64,000 nucleotides of DNA from Alphaproteobacteria bacterium (GTDB lineage: Bacteria > Pseudomonadota > Alphaproteobacteria > Rs-D84), in NCBI GenBank assembly GCA_017642585.1, contig JAGCOR010000021.1, positions 4,771 through 68,770 on the forward strand, in the 5' to 3' direction. The notes below the pieces were generated by a model. That model was not told the origin of the DNA. It saw only the letters and a program-made list of their open reading frames with translations, and ran no database searches. Each line of letters begins with the position of its first letter. Within the stretch, counting starts at the first letter, position 1. Below are positions 36,735 through 44,937 of this stretch, piece after piece. Position numbers and translations under genes: made by a program.

Positions 36735-36893
36735 GGAGCGCACGGATTGTAATTCCCAACACTGCGTATCGGGCCCCTTTCACTTCGCTTCGCTACGTCC
36801 CGAACCAAACAACTGCGTTGTGTGGCCTAATACCGAAAACGCCCCATACAAAAATAAAAAAATACCCGCAAGGGGTGTTTTTTATTTTTGGTT
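36735..36893 (+). repeat. about 160-bp direct repeat, copy 1 (begins with a tRNA-Gln 3' fragment)
   Basis: Near-identical to 37817-37976; I saw one substitution and one small indel. Starts with ggagcgcacggatt, the reverse complement of the tRNA-Gln T-arm/acceptor 3' strand. Confidence 0.85.
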
Positions 36894-36903
36894 GTGGTGT
36901 GTG
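36884..36903 (+). repeat. 20-nt direct repeat atttttggttgtggtgtgtg (copy 2)
   Basis: Identical to 35719-35738; overlaps the left inverted repeat of the EEP cassette. Confidence 0.8.
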
Positions 36904-37803
36904 GGCAAAACGCGAGTTGAGACAATGCTTTCATCTTTGTATACCAATTTCAAAATCAAGAACAAGCGGGAAATGGTCTGATATATCTGTTTTTATGACT
37001 TTAAAATCTTTGACTCTTATATCATCTGTAACAAAAATATAATCAACAACCATATCTTTTTCCGGTCTGGTTGTTCTTAATTTGTATTGTACAGACAAAT
37101 TTGTTACATGATTTTCTATGATTTTAATACTCGGACTTTCTGGTAACAGATTAAAATCACCTACAACAATAGTTGGTATTTTATCTTTTAATAATTCTGA
37201 TATTATAAATTCTGATTGTGCGATGGTTCTTTCATCACCCATACGAGTAGCGTTCCATATACCATGAACATTTATTATTTTTAGTTTTTTATCATTTGGT
37301 AAATTTATGATTGCCGATAATATACTACGAGCCCAATCTTTTTCTTTGAAATGTGTCGCATCATATTCTGTTTTATAGTTGTTGTAATAGAATTTATTTT
37401 TTGCCGAACAAATTTTATATTTTGACAACATTTGTGTTCCTTGTTCAGCCTTGCCGCCAAAATTTTCAACACACATACCATTACTTGTTACACATTTAGC
37501 AATATATATTGGTGCAAAAAAGGAATAGGGCAGGCTTTTAGAAAAATAATTTAATATATCTCTGCCACTTCTAAATCTTTGGAAAACGGTTTTTTCGTGT
37601 GGCATCATACTTTCCTGTAATGCGATAAAATCGGGTGCCAGATTATTTAATAAATCTATTACTTCTGGTGTGTTATCTTTTTTTATTGATATATTAAAAC
37701 TTACCAATCGCATTTTTATTATCCTTTGTTGTATGGATTTTGGCATATTGATGTATTTTAGCAAGTGTTTTATTACTTTTACATTTCGCCCACACACCAC
37801 AAC
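36891..37803. mobile_element. 913-bp cassette bounded by 16-bp perfect inverted repeats, carrying an EEP-family gene
   Basis: gttgtggtgtgtgggc at 36891-36906 and its reverse complement at 37788-37803. It interrupts the tandem tRNA-fragment repeats. No transposase and no target-site duplication seen. Confidence 0.4.
36931..37713 (-). CDS. endonuclease/exonuclease/phosphatase (EEP, DNase I-like) family protein
   Basis: MRLVSFNI, FIALQE, NVHG, VVGDFN and SDHFPL motifs. Start at the ATG at 37713 behind an AAGGAT RBS; the longer track ORF would start inside the inverted repeat. Confidence 0.75.
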   Translation of the reverse strand: MRLVSFNISIKKDNTPEVIDLLNNLAPDFIALQESMMPHEKTVFQRFRSGRDILNYFSKSLPYSFFAPIYIAKCVTSNGMCVENFGGKAEQGTQMLSKYKICSAKNKFYYNNYKTEYDATHFKEKDWARSILSAIINLPNDKKLKIINVHGIWNATRMGDERTIAQSEFIISELLKDKIPTIVVGDFNLLPESPSIKIIENHVTNLSVQYKLRTTRPEKDMVVDYIFVTDDIRVKDFKVIKTDISDHFPLVLDFEIGIQR

Positions 37804-37816
37804 GATATTGAATAAT

Positions 37817-37976
37817 GGAGCGCACGGATTGTAATTCCCAACACTGCGTGTCGGGCCCCTTTCACTTCGCTGGCGCTACGTCCCGAACCAAACAACTGCG
37901 TTGTGTGGCCTAATACCGAAAACGCCCCATACAAAAATAAAAAAATACCCGCAAGGGGTGTTTTTTATTTTTGGTT
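37817..37976 (+). repeat. about 160-bp direct repeat, copy 2, abutting the intact tRNA-Gln
   Basis: Same as 36735-36893. Its last 5 nt are the encoded ACCA-end of the tRNA. Confidence 0.85.
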
Positions 37977-38045
37977 GGAGCGCACGGATTCGAACCATGA
38001 TAAAGAGAACCAAAATCTCTTGTCCTACCATTAGACGACGCTCCA
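37972..38045 (-). tRNA. tRNA-Gln (UUG), CCA encoded
   Basis: Minus strand reads TGGAGCGTCGTCTAATGGTAGGACAAGAGATTTTGGTTCTCTTTATCATGGTTCGAATCCGTGCGCTCCAACCA. Cloverleaf with a U1-A72 pair; anticodon loop TTTTGGT. Confidence 0.9.
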
Positions 38046-38127
38046 AAGATATGCCAATTATATATTTGTTTTGAATTTTTTCAATAAAAAAATTCAAGAT
38101 GCGATTCTGATATTTATAAACATAGGT

Positions 38128-38691
38128 TTAATAACCGCGTTGTTTTAATATGTAAACCGTTTGAAATCCAAACATACGACATATTGCCGCAAGTTTTGGG
38201 CTGTGCATGAGCGATGGAAGAGCAAAATCTGAGATTAAATCCATCCGATATGCCAGATCCATAGGGTGTGTGGTTGGATTTGGTAATTTATCCAGATGAT
38301 ATATCATGGAATCAACATATAAATGAAAATTTCTTTCGGCATCGCTTAATGGTTGTTTGGTTTTTACTTTTTCACAAACATTTGTTTCTACCAATTGTTT
38401 ATGCAATCCTTCAAAACACAAATCTGAATACCCTTTTGCTTTCAAAATACAGGTTGTGACAATTGGACATGTTTTACATTGTATGCCACCAACATTATAA
38501 CAATTAGGTTCTAAGTTTATATCAAGAAGTTCAAAACCATCGTCAAAACAAGATTTAGGCGAGGTAATTATGGAACCATCAAATGGGCTGGTGGTTTGTG
38601 CACCAACAGGAATACCGCCAATGTACACAGGGGATACAGATTTTTCTGCTGTGGGTTGTTCAAAAAGGTCCAATTGTTTTCCGTTTGCCAT
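38128..38691 (-). CDS. hypothetical protein with N-terminal QLDLF (beta-clamp-binding-like) motif and Cys cluster
   Basis: Begins MANGKQLDLFEQP; contains CKTCPIVTTC...C...C; 187 aa. Confidence 0.45.
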   Translation of the reverse strand: MANGKQLDLFEQPTAEKSVSPVYIGGIPVGAQTTSPFDGSIITSPKSCFDDGFELLDINLEPNCYNVGGIQCKTCPIVTTCILKAKGYSDLCFEGLHKQLVETNVCEKVKTKQPLSDAERNFHLYVDSMIYHLDKLPNPTTHPMDLAYRMDLISDFALPSLMHSPKLAAICRMFGFQTVYILKQRGY

Positions 38692-38794
38692 AATATATCC
38701 TTGTTATAGTATAATGGTATATTTACACAAAAAGTTGTAATGTCAATATTTTTCTGGGTATCTATAATTTGGAAAGTTTTTTCCGAAATAGGTC

Positions 38795-38841
38795 TTGACT
38801 TTATTTTGGGTTTTACATATAATCATTAAAGTTTTTAATGA
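38795..38841 (+). promoter_or_regulatory. near-consensus promoter plus palindromic operator upstream of marR
   Basis: TTGACT (38795-38800), a 17-nt spacer, then TATAAT (38818-38823). Palindrome tcattaaa-gtt-tttaatga at 38823-38841. Confidence 0.55.
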
Positions 38842-38874
38842 TTTATTTTGTAAATAATTAAAAAAGGAAAATAC

Positions 38875-39324
38875 ATGACACATACAGAAATAACCAATTT
38901 AATGGCTGAAAATATGCGGATAATGGGCCGTTTATCCAGCCGTTTGAATACTGTATTCGAAGATTGTTCCAACAAAACCAGACAGCAAATGTCTGTTTTG
39001 GTACGTTTGTATTTGGCTGGGAAAATCAAATTGAAAGATTTTGCCAATCGAGAGGTTATTTCTACTGCGAATTTATGCAGTGTTTTCAAAAAATTGGAAC
39101 AGGACAAATTGGTTGTGCGTTCTATCGATCCAAATGACCACAGGGATACTTGGTATGAAGTTACCAAGGCGGGTAAAAATTTAGCTGAAAAATTGATAGA
39201 TAAATTTATGTTGGCCCTGGAAGGATTGTGCAAGGTTTTGCCCACGGAAGATGAAGATAAATTGGCAGAAACAATAAAGATTATGAACGGAATTTTGAAA
39301 AAGATGGAGGTTTTAAATGCGTAA
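38875..39324 (+). CDS. MarR-family transcriptional regulator
   Basis: 149-aa winged-helix pattern (QMSVLVRLYLAG...STANLCSVFKKLEQDKLVVR...DHRDTWYEVT); overlaps the next gene. Confidence 0.8.
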   Translation: MTHTEITNLMAENMRIMGRLSSRLNTVFEDCSNKTRQQMSVLVRLYLAGKIKLKDFANREVISTANLCSVFKKLEQDKLVVRSIDPNDHRDTWYEVTKAGKNLAEKLIDKFMLALEGLCKVLPTEDEDKLAETIKIMNGILKKMEVLNA

Positions 39325-40624
39325 GTTTTTATTTTGTTTGTTGTCTGGGATTTTTTTGATTCCAAATGCTTATGCAATAGATTTGTCATTAAATGAAGCG
39401 ATTGAAAAAATCGTTGATCAATCAAATGATTTGAAAACCGCCGATGCCAATGTAAAAAAAGCCAAAGCACAATTAAGCGCGGTAAATGCAAATCGTTGGA
39501 TGAACATAGAAGGAACTGTGTCATACATGAATTTGGTAAATCCTATTAAGCCAACCGACCCAGACGGAATTAAATTGCCATCTGATATTGGCGCAATGTT
39601 GGGCAGTGTTTTACCATTAGATGCGATTCCTGATAATATGTTTTCTGCTGGAATCCAAATCACACAACCTATTTATACTTTCGGCAAAATAGGTAACGCG
39701 GTTGATGCAGTGCATGATGCGATTGATATGTCTAAATCTGCAAAAGATTTAACTTTGCGTGAAGTGAAATATGCGGCTGCAAATTTATATTGGACTGCAA
39801 AAATGACAGATGAAATTGTTGCGGCCAGCAAAAGAAATTTGAATAACGCACGTGCAGCCAAGAAAAAGTTAACAGATGCTGGTCGTGCAAATCGCAGTAA
39901 TTTGATTAAAATCGAATCTGATATTGCAACCAAAGAAATCAATTTGTCAGATGCCGAGTTTAATCGTGATACCGCATATGATATGTTGAAAATTATGGCG
40001 GGCATAGATACGACTGAAGAGGTTAAATTAACCGATAATTTCCCAGATAAATTTGAAGCATTAGAAGCAGGCGAATTAAAATCAAATCCTGAATGGGATA
40101 TATACAAAAAACAAATAAAAATGTATGAATCAAATGCTTCTTCGAAACGTTCTGGTGCTTATCCTACATTGGCTGCGGTTGGTTCTTATTCTTATTATTC
40201 TATGGGAACAAATGCAGGCAATTTGTTTGAAAAAGAAGGTTCGCAATCTGCGTATTGGGGTATGGCGCTTCAGGTGCCTTTGTTCAGTGGTGGTTTGCAT
40301 TCTGCAAATGCAACAATCGAAGCCATGAATGCGGAAGCTGCACGTCAAGATTTGGATAAATCTGTTAAATTAAAAACCCAAGAATACAATACTGCGGTAA
40401 ATAAATATAAACATTTATGCGCGAATTTGGATAAATTAAACCATGCACGTGATTTGGCACAAAAGGCGTATGATATATCTGCAAATCGTTTTGCAGCAGG
40501 TCAAACATCTGCTGTGGAACTGGCGGATGTGTCCGGGGCTTTGTTCCAAACAGATATGGCGGTATTAAACGCTAAATACAATATTTTGATGTCAAAAGAA
40601 TCTGTAAAAAAATTGGGTGAATAA
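39317..40624 (+). CDS. tolC: TolC-family outer membrane efflux protein
   Basis: Signal peptide and duplicated TolC repeats (LSLNEAIEKIVDQSNDLK..., AAGQTSAVELADV). Confidence 0.8.
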   Translation: MRKFLFCLLSGIFLIPNAYAIDLSLNEAIEKIVDQSNDLKTADANVKKAKAQLSAVNANRWMNIEGTVSYMNLVNPIKPTDPDGIKLPSDIGAMLGSVLPLDAIPDNMFSAGIQITQPIYTFGKIGNAVDAVHDAIDMSKSAKDLTLREVKYAAANLYWTAKMTDEIVAASKRNLNNARAAKKKLTDAGRANRSNLIKIESDIATKEINLSDAEFNRDTAYDMLKIMAGIDTTEEVKLTDNFPDKFEALEAGELKSNPEWDIYKKQIKMYESNASSKRSGAYPTLAAVGSYSYYSMGTNAGNLFEKEGSQSAYWGMALQVPLFSGGLHSANATIEAMNAEAARQDLDKSVKLKTQEYNTAVNKYKHLCANLDKLNHARDLAQKAYDISANRFAAGQTSAVELADVSGALFQTDMAVLNAKYNILMSKESVKKLGE

Positions 40625-40625
40625 G

Positions 40626-41237
40626 ATGAAAGAAAAAATAGAAAAAATCATAGATAAAATGAAAACACGCAAGGCTAAAAATATTACGTATTTAGTTTGT
40701 TTTACTTTGTTTTTTGTTATGTTTGCATACCGTTTCTATGTGGTAGAGGCAGAACGCAACGCAAATGTATTTAATATCATTCGTAATAATGCCAGTACCG
40801 GAACGCCTGTGAATGTAATAACGGTTTCGGGACAAGATGGTTTTTTACACGAACCTGTGAATATCAGAAATAATCGTGCATATGTTGCGGGCAATCGTGT
40901 TGGAATGTTCAAGGTTGGTCAAAATGTTGGGAACTGTAAAATTTCCTATGTTTCAAATAATATAGATTTAGATACAGGTATGTATGTTATAAAAACATCA
41001 AAATGTGAAGACGGGTTAAGATTTATTGAAAACAAAAAACATGGTTTTTATGTGCCTGTGTCTGCAGTGTCTGGAAATTATGTATACGTTGTAAATGGTG
41101 GTGTTGCGCAAAAACGCGAGGTTGTTATATCAGGGCGCGATTTACAAAACGTGGTTATACAATCTGGGTTAAATGATGGCGATATGGTTATATTATCAAA
41201 CGTCAAAGATAATCAAAAAATCAGAGTTGTAAAATAA
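40626..41237 (+). CDS. short membrane-anchored efflux adaptor (MFP/HlyD-like beta-barrel region only)
   Basis: 203 aa with an N-terminal TM anchor. The C-terminus (YVYVVNGGVAQKREVVISGRDLQNVVIQSGLNDGDMVI) is typical of RND adaptors. No room for an alpha-hairpin. Confidence 0.6.
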   Translation: MKEKIEKIIDKMKTRKAKNITYLVCFTLFFVMFAYRFYVVEAERNANVFNIIRNNASTGTPVNVITVSGQDGFLHEPVNIRNNRAYVAGNRVGMFKVGQNVGNCKISYVSNNIDLDTGMYVIKTSKCEDGLRFIENKKHGFYVPVSAVSGNYVYVVNGGVAQKREVVISGRDLQNVVIQSGLNDGDMVILSNVKDNQKIRVVK

Positions 41238-41257
41238 TCAAGTTGGGGGAAAACAAA

Positions 41258-44200
41258 ATGTTAAAATTTTTTATTCGTAAACCTGTTACCACAATTATGT
41301 TCGTTTTGTTTTTTGTTATATTGGGAATAGTTTCTTTCCCAAAGATGAACATTGAACGAACCCCGTCCATAGATTTTCCATATGTAACAGTTACTTTTGT
41401 TTATCCTGGTGCATCCAGTGAAGAAATAGAAACCCAGGTTGTAAAAAGGGCTGAAAATGCCGTGTCCGAAGTTGCAGGAGTTAAAAAAATTACCAGCCAG
41501 GTTTATGAAAACAGTGCATATGTTATATCTGAATTTAATTTGGGTGTGAACGTTGATGACAAAGCAAATGAAGTAAAGGCAAAGATAGATGGTTTGGCAA
41601 ATGAATTTCCAACCGATTTGAAACAACCTGTGATTGCTAAATTGAATCCTTTGCAAACACCTGTGCTGGATATTGTTATCCAAAATGCAGATGCCAGAGA
41701 TGTTGAAAAATATGTAACAGATACATTATCTAACAAAGTTACTGCGGTTCAAGGCGTTGCATCTGTGAACACATTTGGTGGATTAAAAAGGGCGGTAAGA
41801 ATCGCTATGGATCCAGATTTAATGGCGGCACGCGGTGTTGGTGTTAATGATATAGTTTCTGCGATTGCGACACATAATTTGAATGTGCCAGGCGGAAAAA
41901 TTGAAACAGATATCAATTCTGAAAACGTCAGATTTATCGGCGAATTTAAAAGTGTAGATGAAATCGCAAATCTGGAGATTACAACCGTAGAGGGCAGTAA
42001 TTTTAAATTATCAGACGTGGCATCTGTAACTGATGCGGCGCGTGATATAGAAAATGGCGCGCGTCATAATGGCAAAGATGTTGTTGTATTGTCTGTGGTC
42101 AAAGCATCAGACGGTAACGCAATTAAAATTTCAAATGCTTTGCGTAAAAAGATGCCTGAATTAGAACAAGATTTAAAATCTCATTTTCCAAATGCGTCTA
42201 TGGAAATCGTGACAGATTCTTCAACAAAAGTATCTGAAGATACGGCCAACACAATCTATGCAATTATTTTGGGTATTATATTTACGATTATTGTATTGTT
42301 AGCATTTACAAGAAATTGGCGTTCAACAATTATCGCAGGGGTTGTAATTCCTGCATCTTTGTTGTCTGGATTTTTCTTGATGAATTGGTCGGGATTTACA
42401 ATTAACACAATGACTTTGTTGGCATATGCAACAGCCCTGGGGACATTGGTATCAAACGCAATTATTTTGATTGAATCTGCGTTAACAGAATTGCGGGCAG
42501 GCAAAACCCCAGAACAAGCTGCAGAAGACGGAACGCGCAAAGTTGCGGTTCCTGTGTTGGCGGGGGTTGGAACAAATGTTGTGGTGTTTTTACCTTTGGC
42601 ATTTATGGGTGGAATTTCGGGGCAATTCATGTTGCAGTTTGGAATGACTGTTGTGTATTTAACTTTGTTATCTTTGCTGTTTTCATTTACCTTGACGCCT
42701 ATGATGATTGCAAAATTATTAAAATTGCCAAATAAGAAACAGGCAAATGCAAAAGAATTAAAGGCACATAATAATTCTACACGTCTGCATACATGGTATG
42801 AATATCAATCACGTCATCCATGGGTGGTTATTATGGGGGCAATTGGTATATTGATTATATCTGCCCAATTATTAGGTTTTGTTGGAAACGAATTTTCGCC
42901 AACAACTGATGCAAATGAAATAACAATTACTGCACGTACCCCAATGGGCAGTGTGTATTCAAAATCTGAATCTGTGGCAAAACAAATCGAAGAACGGTTG
43001 AAACAATTCCCAGAGGTTGAATCTACAACGACTAAAATTGGTGAACGCGGTTTGCAAAATATCACAGTCAAAGTAACATTGGTTGATGTAAATAAACGTG
43101 GTATATCTGATAAAAAATTGGCACAAAAAATATTGCCAACTTTGGCAGATATAAATGATGCAGAAATTCAAATACGTGCGGGTGAACGCATCAGTGGTTC
43201 CGGTATTTCTTCGGATATGCAATTAAATGTGTACGGCGAAGATGATGCAATTCGTAATCAATATGCAACCCAGATTATAGATGCGGTTAATCAAATAGAA
43301 GAAGTTCAAAGTGCGGTTTTAGCACAACAAACACCCGCAAATGAAATTCGTTTTATACCAGATAATGAAAAAATGAATTTCTGGGGTGTTAAAAATACAA
43401 CTGCAGGAACTGTATTAAGAACGGCATTGTTTGGAAACGACACATATAAATACAAAGAAAAAGGTGATGAATATCCAATCATTTTGGAATTTGATAAAAA
43501 TTTCAAAACTAAATCTATGTTTGACAATGTTTATGTGAACACACAAAAGGGTATGGTTGCATTGTCCCAGTTGGGAACTTTGGAAACAAAACCTGCGACA
43601 TCAGATATTTATCGTATAAACAAAAACAGAATCACAGAAATTGATATAAATATTGGTAAATCTACGGTTGGTCCTGTGCAACAAGAAATACAACAATATT
43701 TGGATACAATAGATTGGAAACCAGGATACAGCGCATCTTTCGCTGGTATGTCTGAAATCCAAGACGAAACCACAGGCGAAATAGGCCAGGCGTTTTTATT
43801 GGCGACTATATTAACATTTATGTTGTTAGCGGCGATTATGAATTCTGTGATTCATCCTTTCACAATTGCGACATCTATCATAACCAGTTTTGCAGGCGTA
43901 TTCATAGTATTATTCTTGTCCGGTGCATCTATGAATGTTGGCGCCATGTTGGCATTCATTATGTTGGTTGGTTTGGTGGTGAATAATAACATTTTGGTAT
44001 TGGAACCAACTGTGGCGCGTGTGCAAAATGGCGAAGATGCCAAAAAGGCATTATGGACTGAATTGATGGATAAAAAACGTATGATTTGGATGACAACTAT
44101 CGCGGTTGTGGCGGGTATGATACCTCAATTATGGTCAAATGATGGTATGAAGGTCGCAATGGGGTCCGTCATGATAGGGGGAATGATTGCATCATTGATA

Positions 44201-44281
44201 TGGACATTTACATTAACACCTGCTTTGTTCTTTGTTATGGAAAGATTCCGTAAATTTTTAATGCGTTTGACAAACAGATAA
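41258..44281 (+). CDS. RND-family efflux permease (AcrB-like)
   Basis: About 1007 aa. FFIRKPVTTIMF N-terminus, 12-TM/two-loop architecture. ATG at 41258 sits behind a GGGGGA RBS. Confidence 0.9.
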   Translation: MLKFFIRKPVTTIMFVLFFVILGIVSFPKMNIERTPSIDFPYVTVTFVYPGASSEEIETQVVKRAENAVSEVAGVKKITSQVYENSAYVISEFNLGVNVDDKANEVKAKIDGLANEFPTDLKQPVIAKLNPLQTPVLDIVIQNADARDVEKYVTDTLSNKVTAVQGVASVNTFGGLKRAVRIAMDPDLMAARGVGVNDIVSAIATHNLNVPGGKIETDINSENVRFIGEFKSVDEIANLEITTVEGSNFKLSDVASVTDAARDIENGARHNGKDVVVLSVVKASDGNAIKISNALRKKMPELEQDLKSHFPNASMEIVTDSSTKVSEDTANTIYAIILGIIFTIIVLLAFTRNWRSTIIAGVVIPASLLSGFFLMNWSGFTINTMTLLAYATALGTLVSNAIILIESALTELRAGKTPEQAAEDGTRKVAVPVLAGVGTNVVVFLPLAFMGGISGQFMLQFGMTVVYLTLLSLLFSFTLTPMMIAKLLKLPNKKQANAKELKAHNNSTRLHTWYEYQSRHPWVVIMGAIGILIISAQLLGFVGNEFSPTTDANEITITARTPMGSVYSKSESVAKQIEERLKQFPEVESTTTKIGERGLQNITVKVTLVDVNKRGISDKKLAQKILPTLADINDAEIQIRAGERISGSGISSDMQLNVYGEDDAIRNQYATQIIDAVNQIEEVQSAVLAQQTPANEIRFIPDNEKMNFWGVKNTTAGTVLRTALFGNDTYKYKEKGDEYPIILEFDKNFKTKSMFDNVYVNTQKGMVALSQLGTLETKPATSDIYRINKNRITEIDINIGKSTVGPVQQEIQQYLDTIDWKPGYSASFAGMSEIQDETTGEIGQAFLLATILTFMLLAAIMNSVIHPFTIATSIITSFAGVFIVLFLSGASMNVGAMLAFIMLVGLVVNNNILVLEPTVARVQNGEDAKKALWTELMDKKRMIWMTTIAVVAGMIPQLWSNDGMKVAMGSVMIGGMIASLIWTFTLTPALFFVMERFRKFLMRLTNR

Positions 44282-44319
44282 AATATGGTATTTTTATCTG
44301 GGTTAGGGACAGGAAAAAT

Positions 44320-44937
44320 ATGATGCAAGAACAGACACAAACTTTGACTGAAAACAATGAAGTTAAAACCAATGTGGCCACGGTTGCGGTTGGTGTGCAC
44401 AAACAAGAAAATTCCAATAATGTTCACACACAAATTCCGTCTCTTTCTAAATCTTTCAGGGACGTTTTGTCAGACACATACACTGATTATCGCCGTGCCA
44501 ACAAAGAAATGTTAAAACAGGCGGTGGATAAATATGTGCGGGTCAATGTTCGTGATGCAAAATTATTAAAATTCATGTTAAATTCTGTTAAATACGAAAA
44601 TGTTAATATGGGTTTTGAAAATTCATCAGATTGGGTCGGTGAATATAACGAAGATGGGGAATCTTATTCTGCTGAAAACGAACAAATGACAATGATACGT
44701 CGTGATTACAGATGGTTTAATGATTTGATGCTGTATTTAAACGATAAATATTCGGAACGTCAATTATTGAAAACTGAATTTTTCAAAACTATGAATAATC
44801 GCAAATTGATGCAAGATTTCACAAAAAATACAGAAATAATTGAAAGTTTGTCGTGCAGTATTAAACAAGAATATGCAAACGCAAAACAGAATATTGAAAA
44901 TTCTGTTCAAGATAACGTTAAAACAAACAATAAATAA
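44320..44937 (+). CDS. hypothetical protein
   Basis: 205-aa ORF lying between the RND and HAD genes with short gaps. Confidence 0.45.
   Translation: MMQEQTQTLTENNEVKTNVATVAVGVHKQENSNNVHTQIPSLSKSFRDVLSDTYTDYRRANKEMLKQAVDKYVRVNVRDAKLLKFMLNSVKYENVNMGFENSSDWVGEYNEDGESYSAENEQMTMIRRDYRWFNDLMLYLNDKYSERQLLKTEFFKTMNNRKLMQDFTKNTEIIESLSCSIKQEYANAKQNIENSVQDNVKTNNK

Noticed and set aside
36656-37042. Plus-strand ORFs (128 aa and 82 aa) running through the tRNA-fragment repeat and into the EEP gene
   Set aside because: They read across a terminator, the att-like repeat, the inverted repeat and the 3' end of a well-supported minus-strand gene. The same DNA recurs at 37817-37976, where the corresponding frame is not maintained as a gene.
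38835-39524. 229-aa minus-strand ORF overlapping marR and the start of tolC
   Set aside because: It is antisense to two confidently recognised genes (MarR winged helix, TolC signal peptide). Its composition is low-complexity and Leu/Ser/Phe-rich, typical of shadow ORFs in AT-rich DNA.
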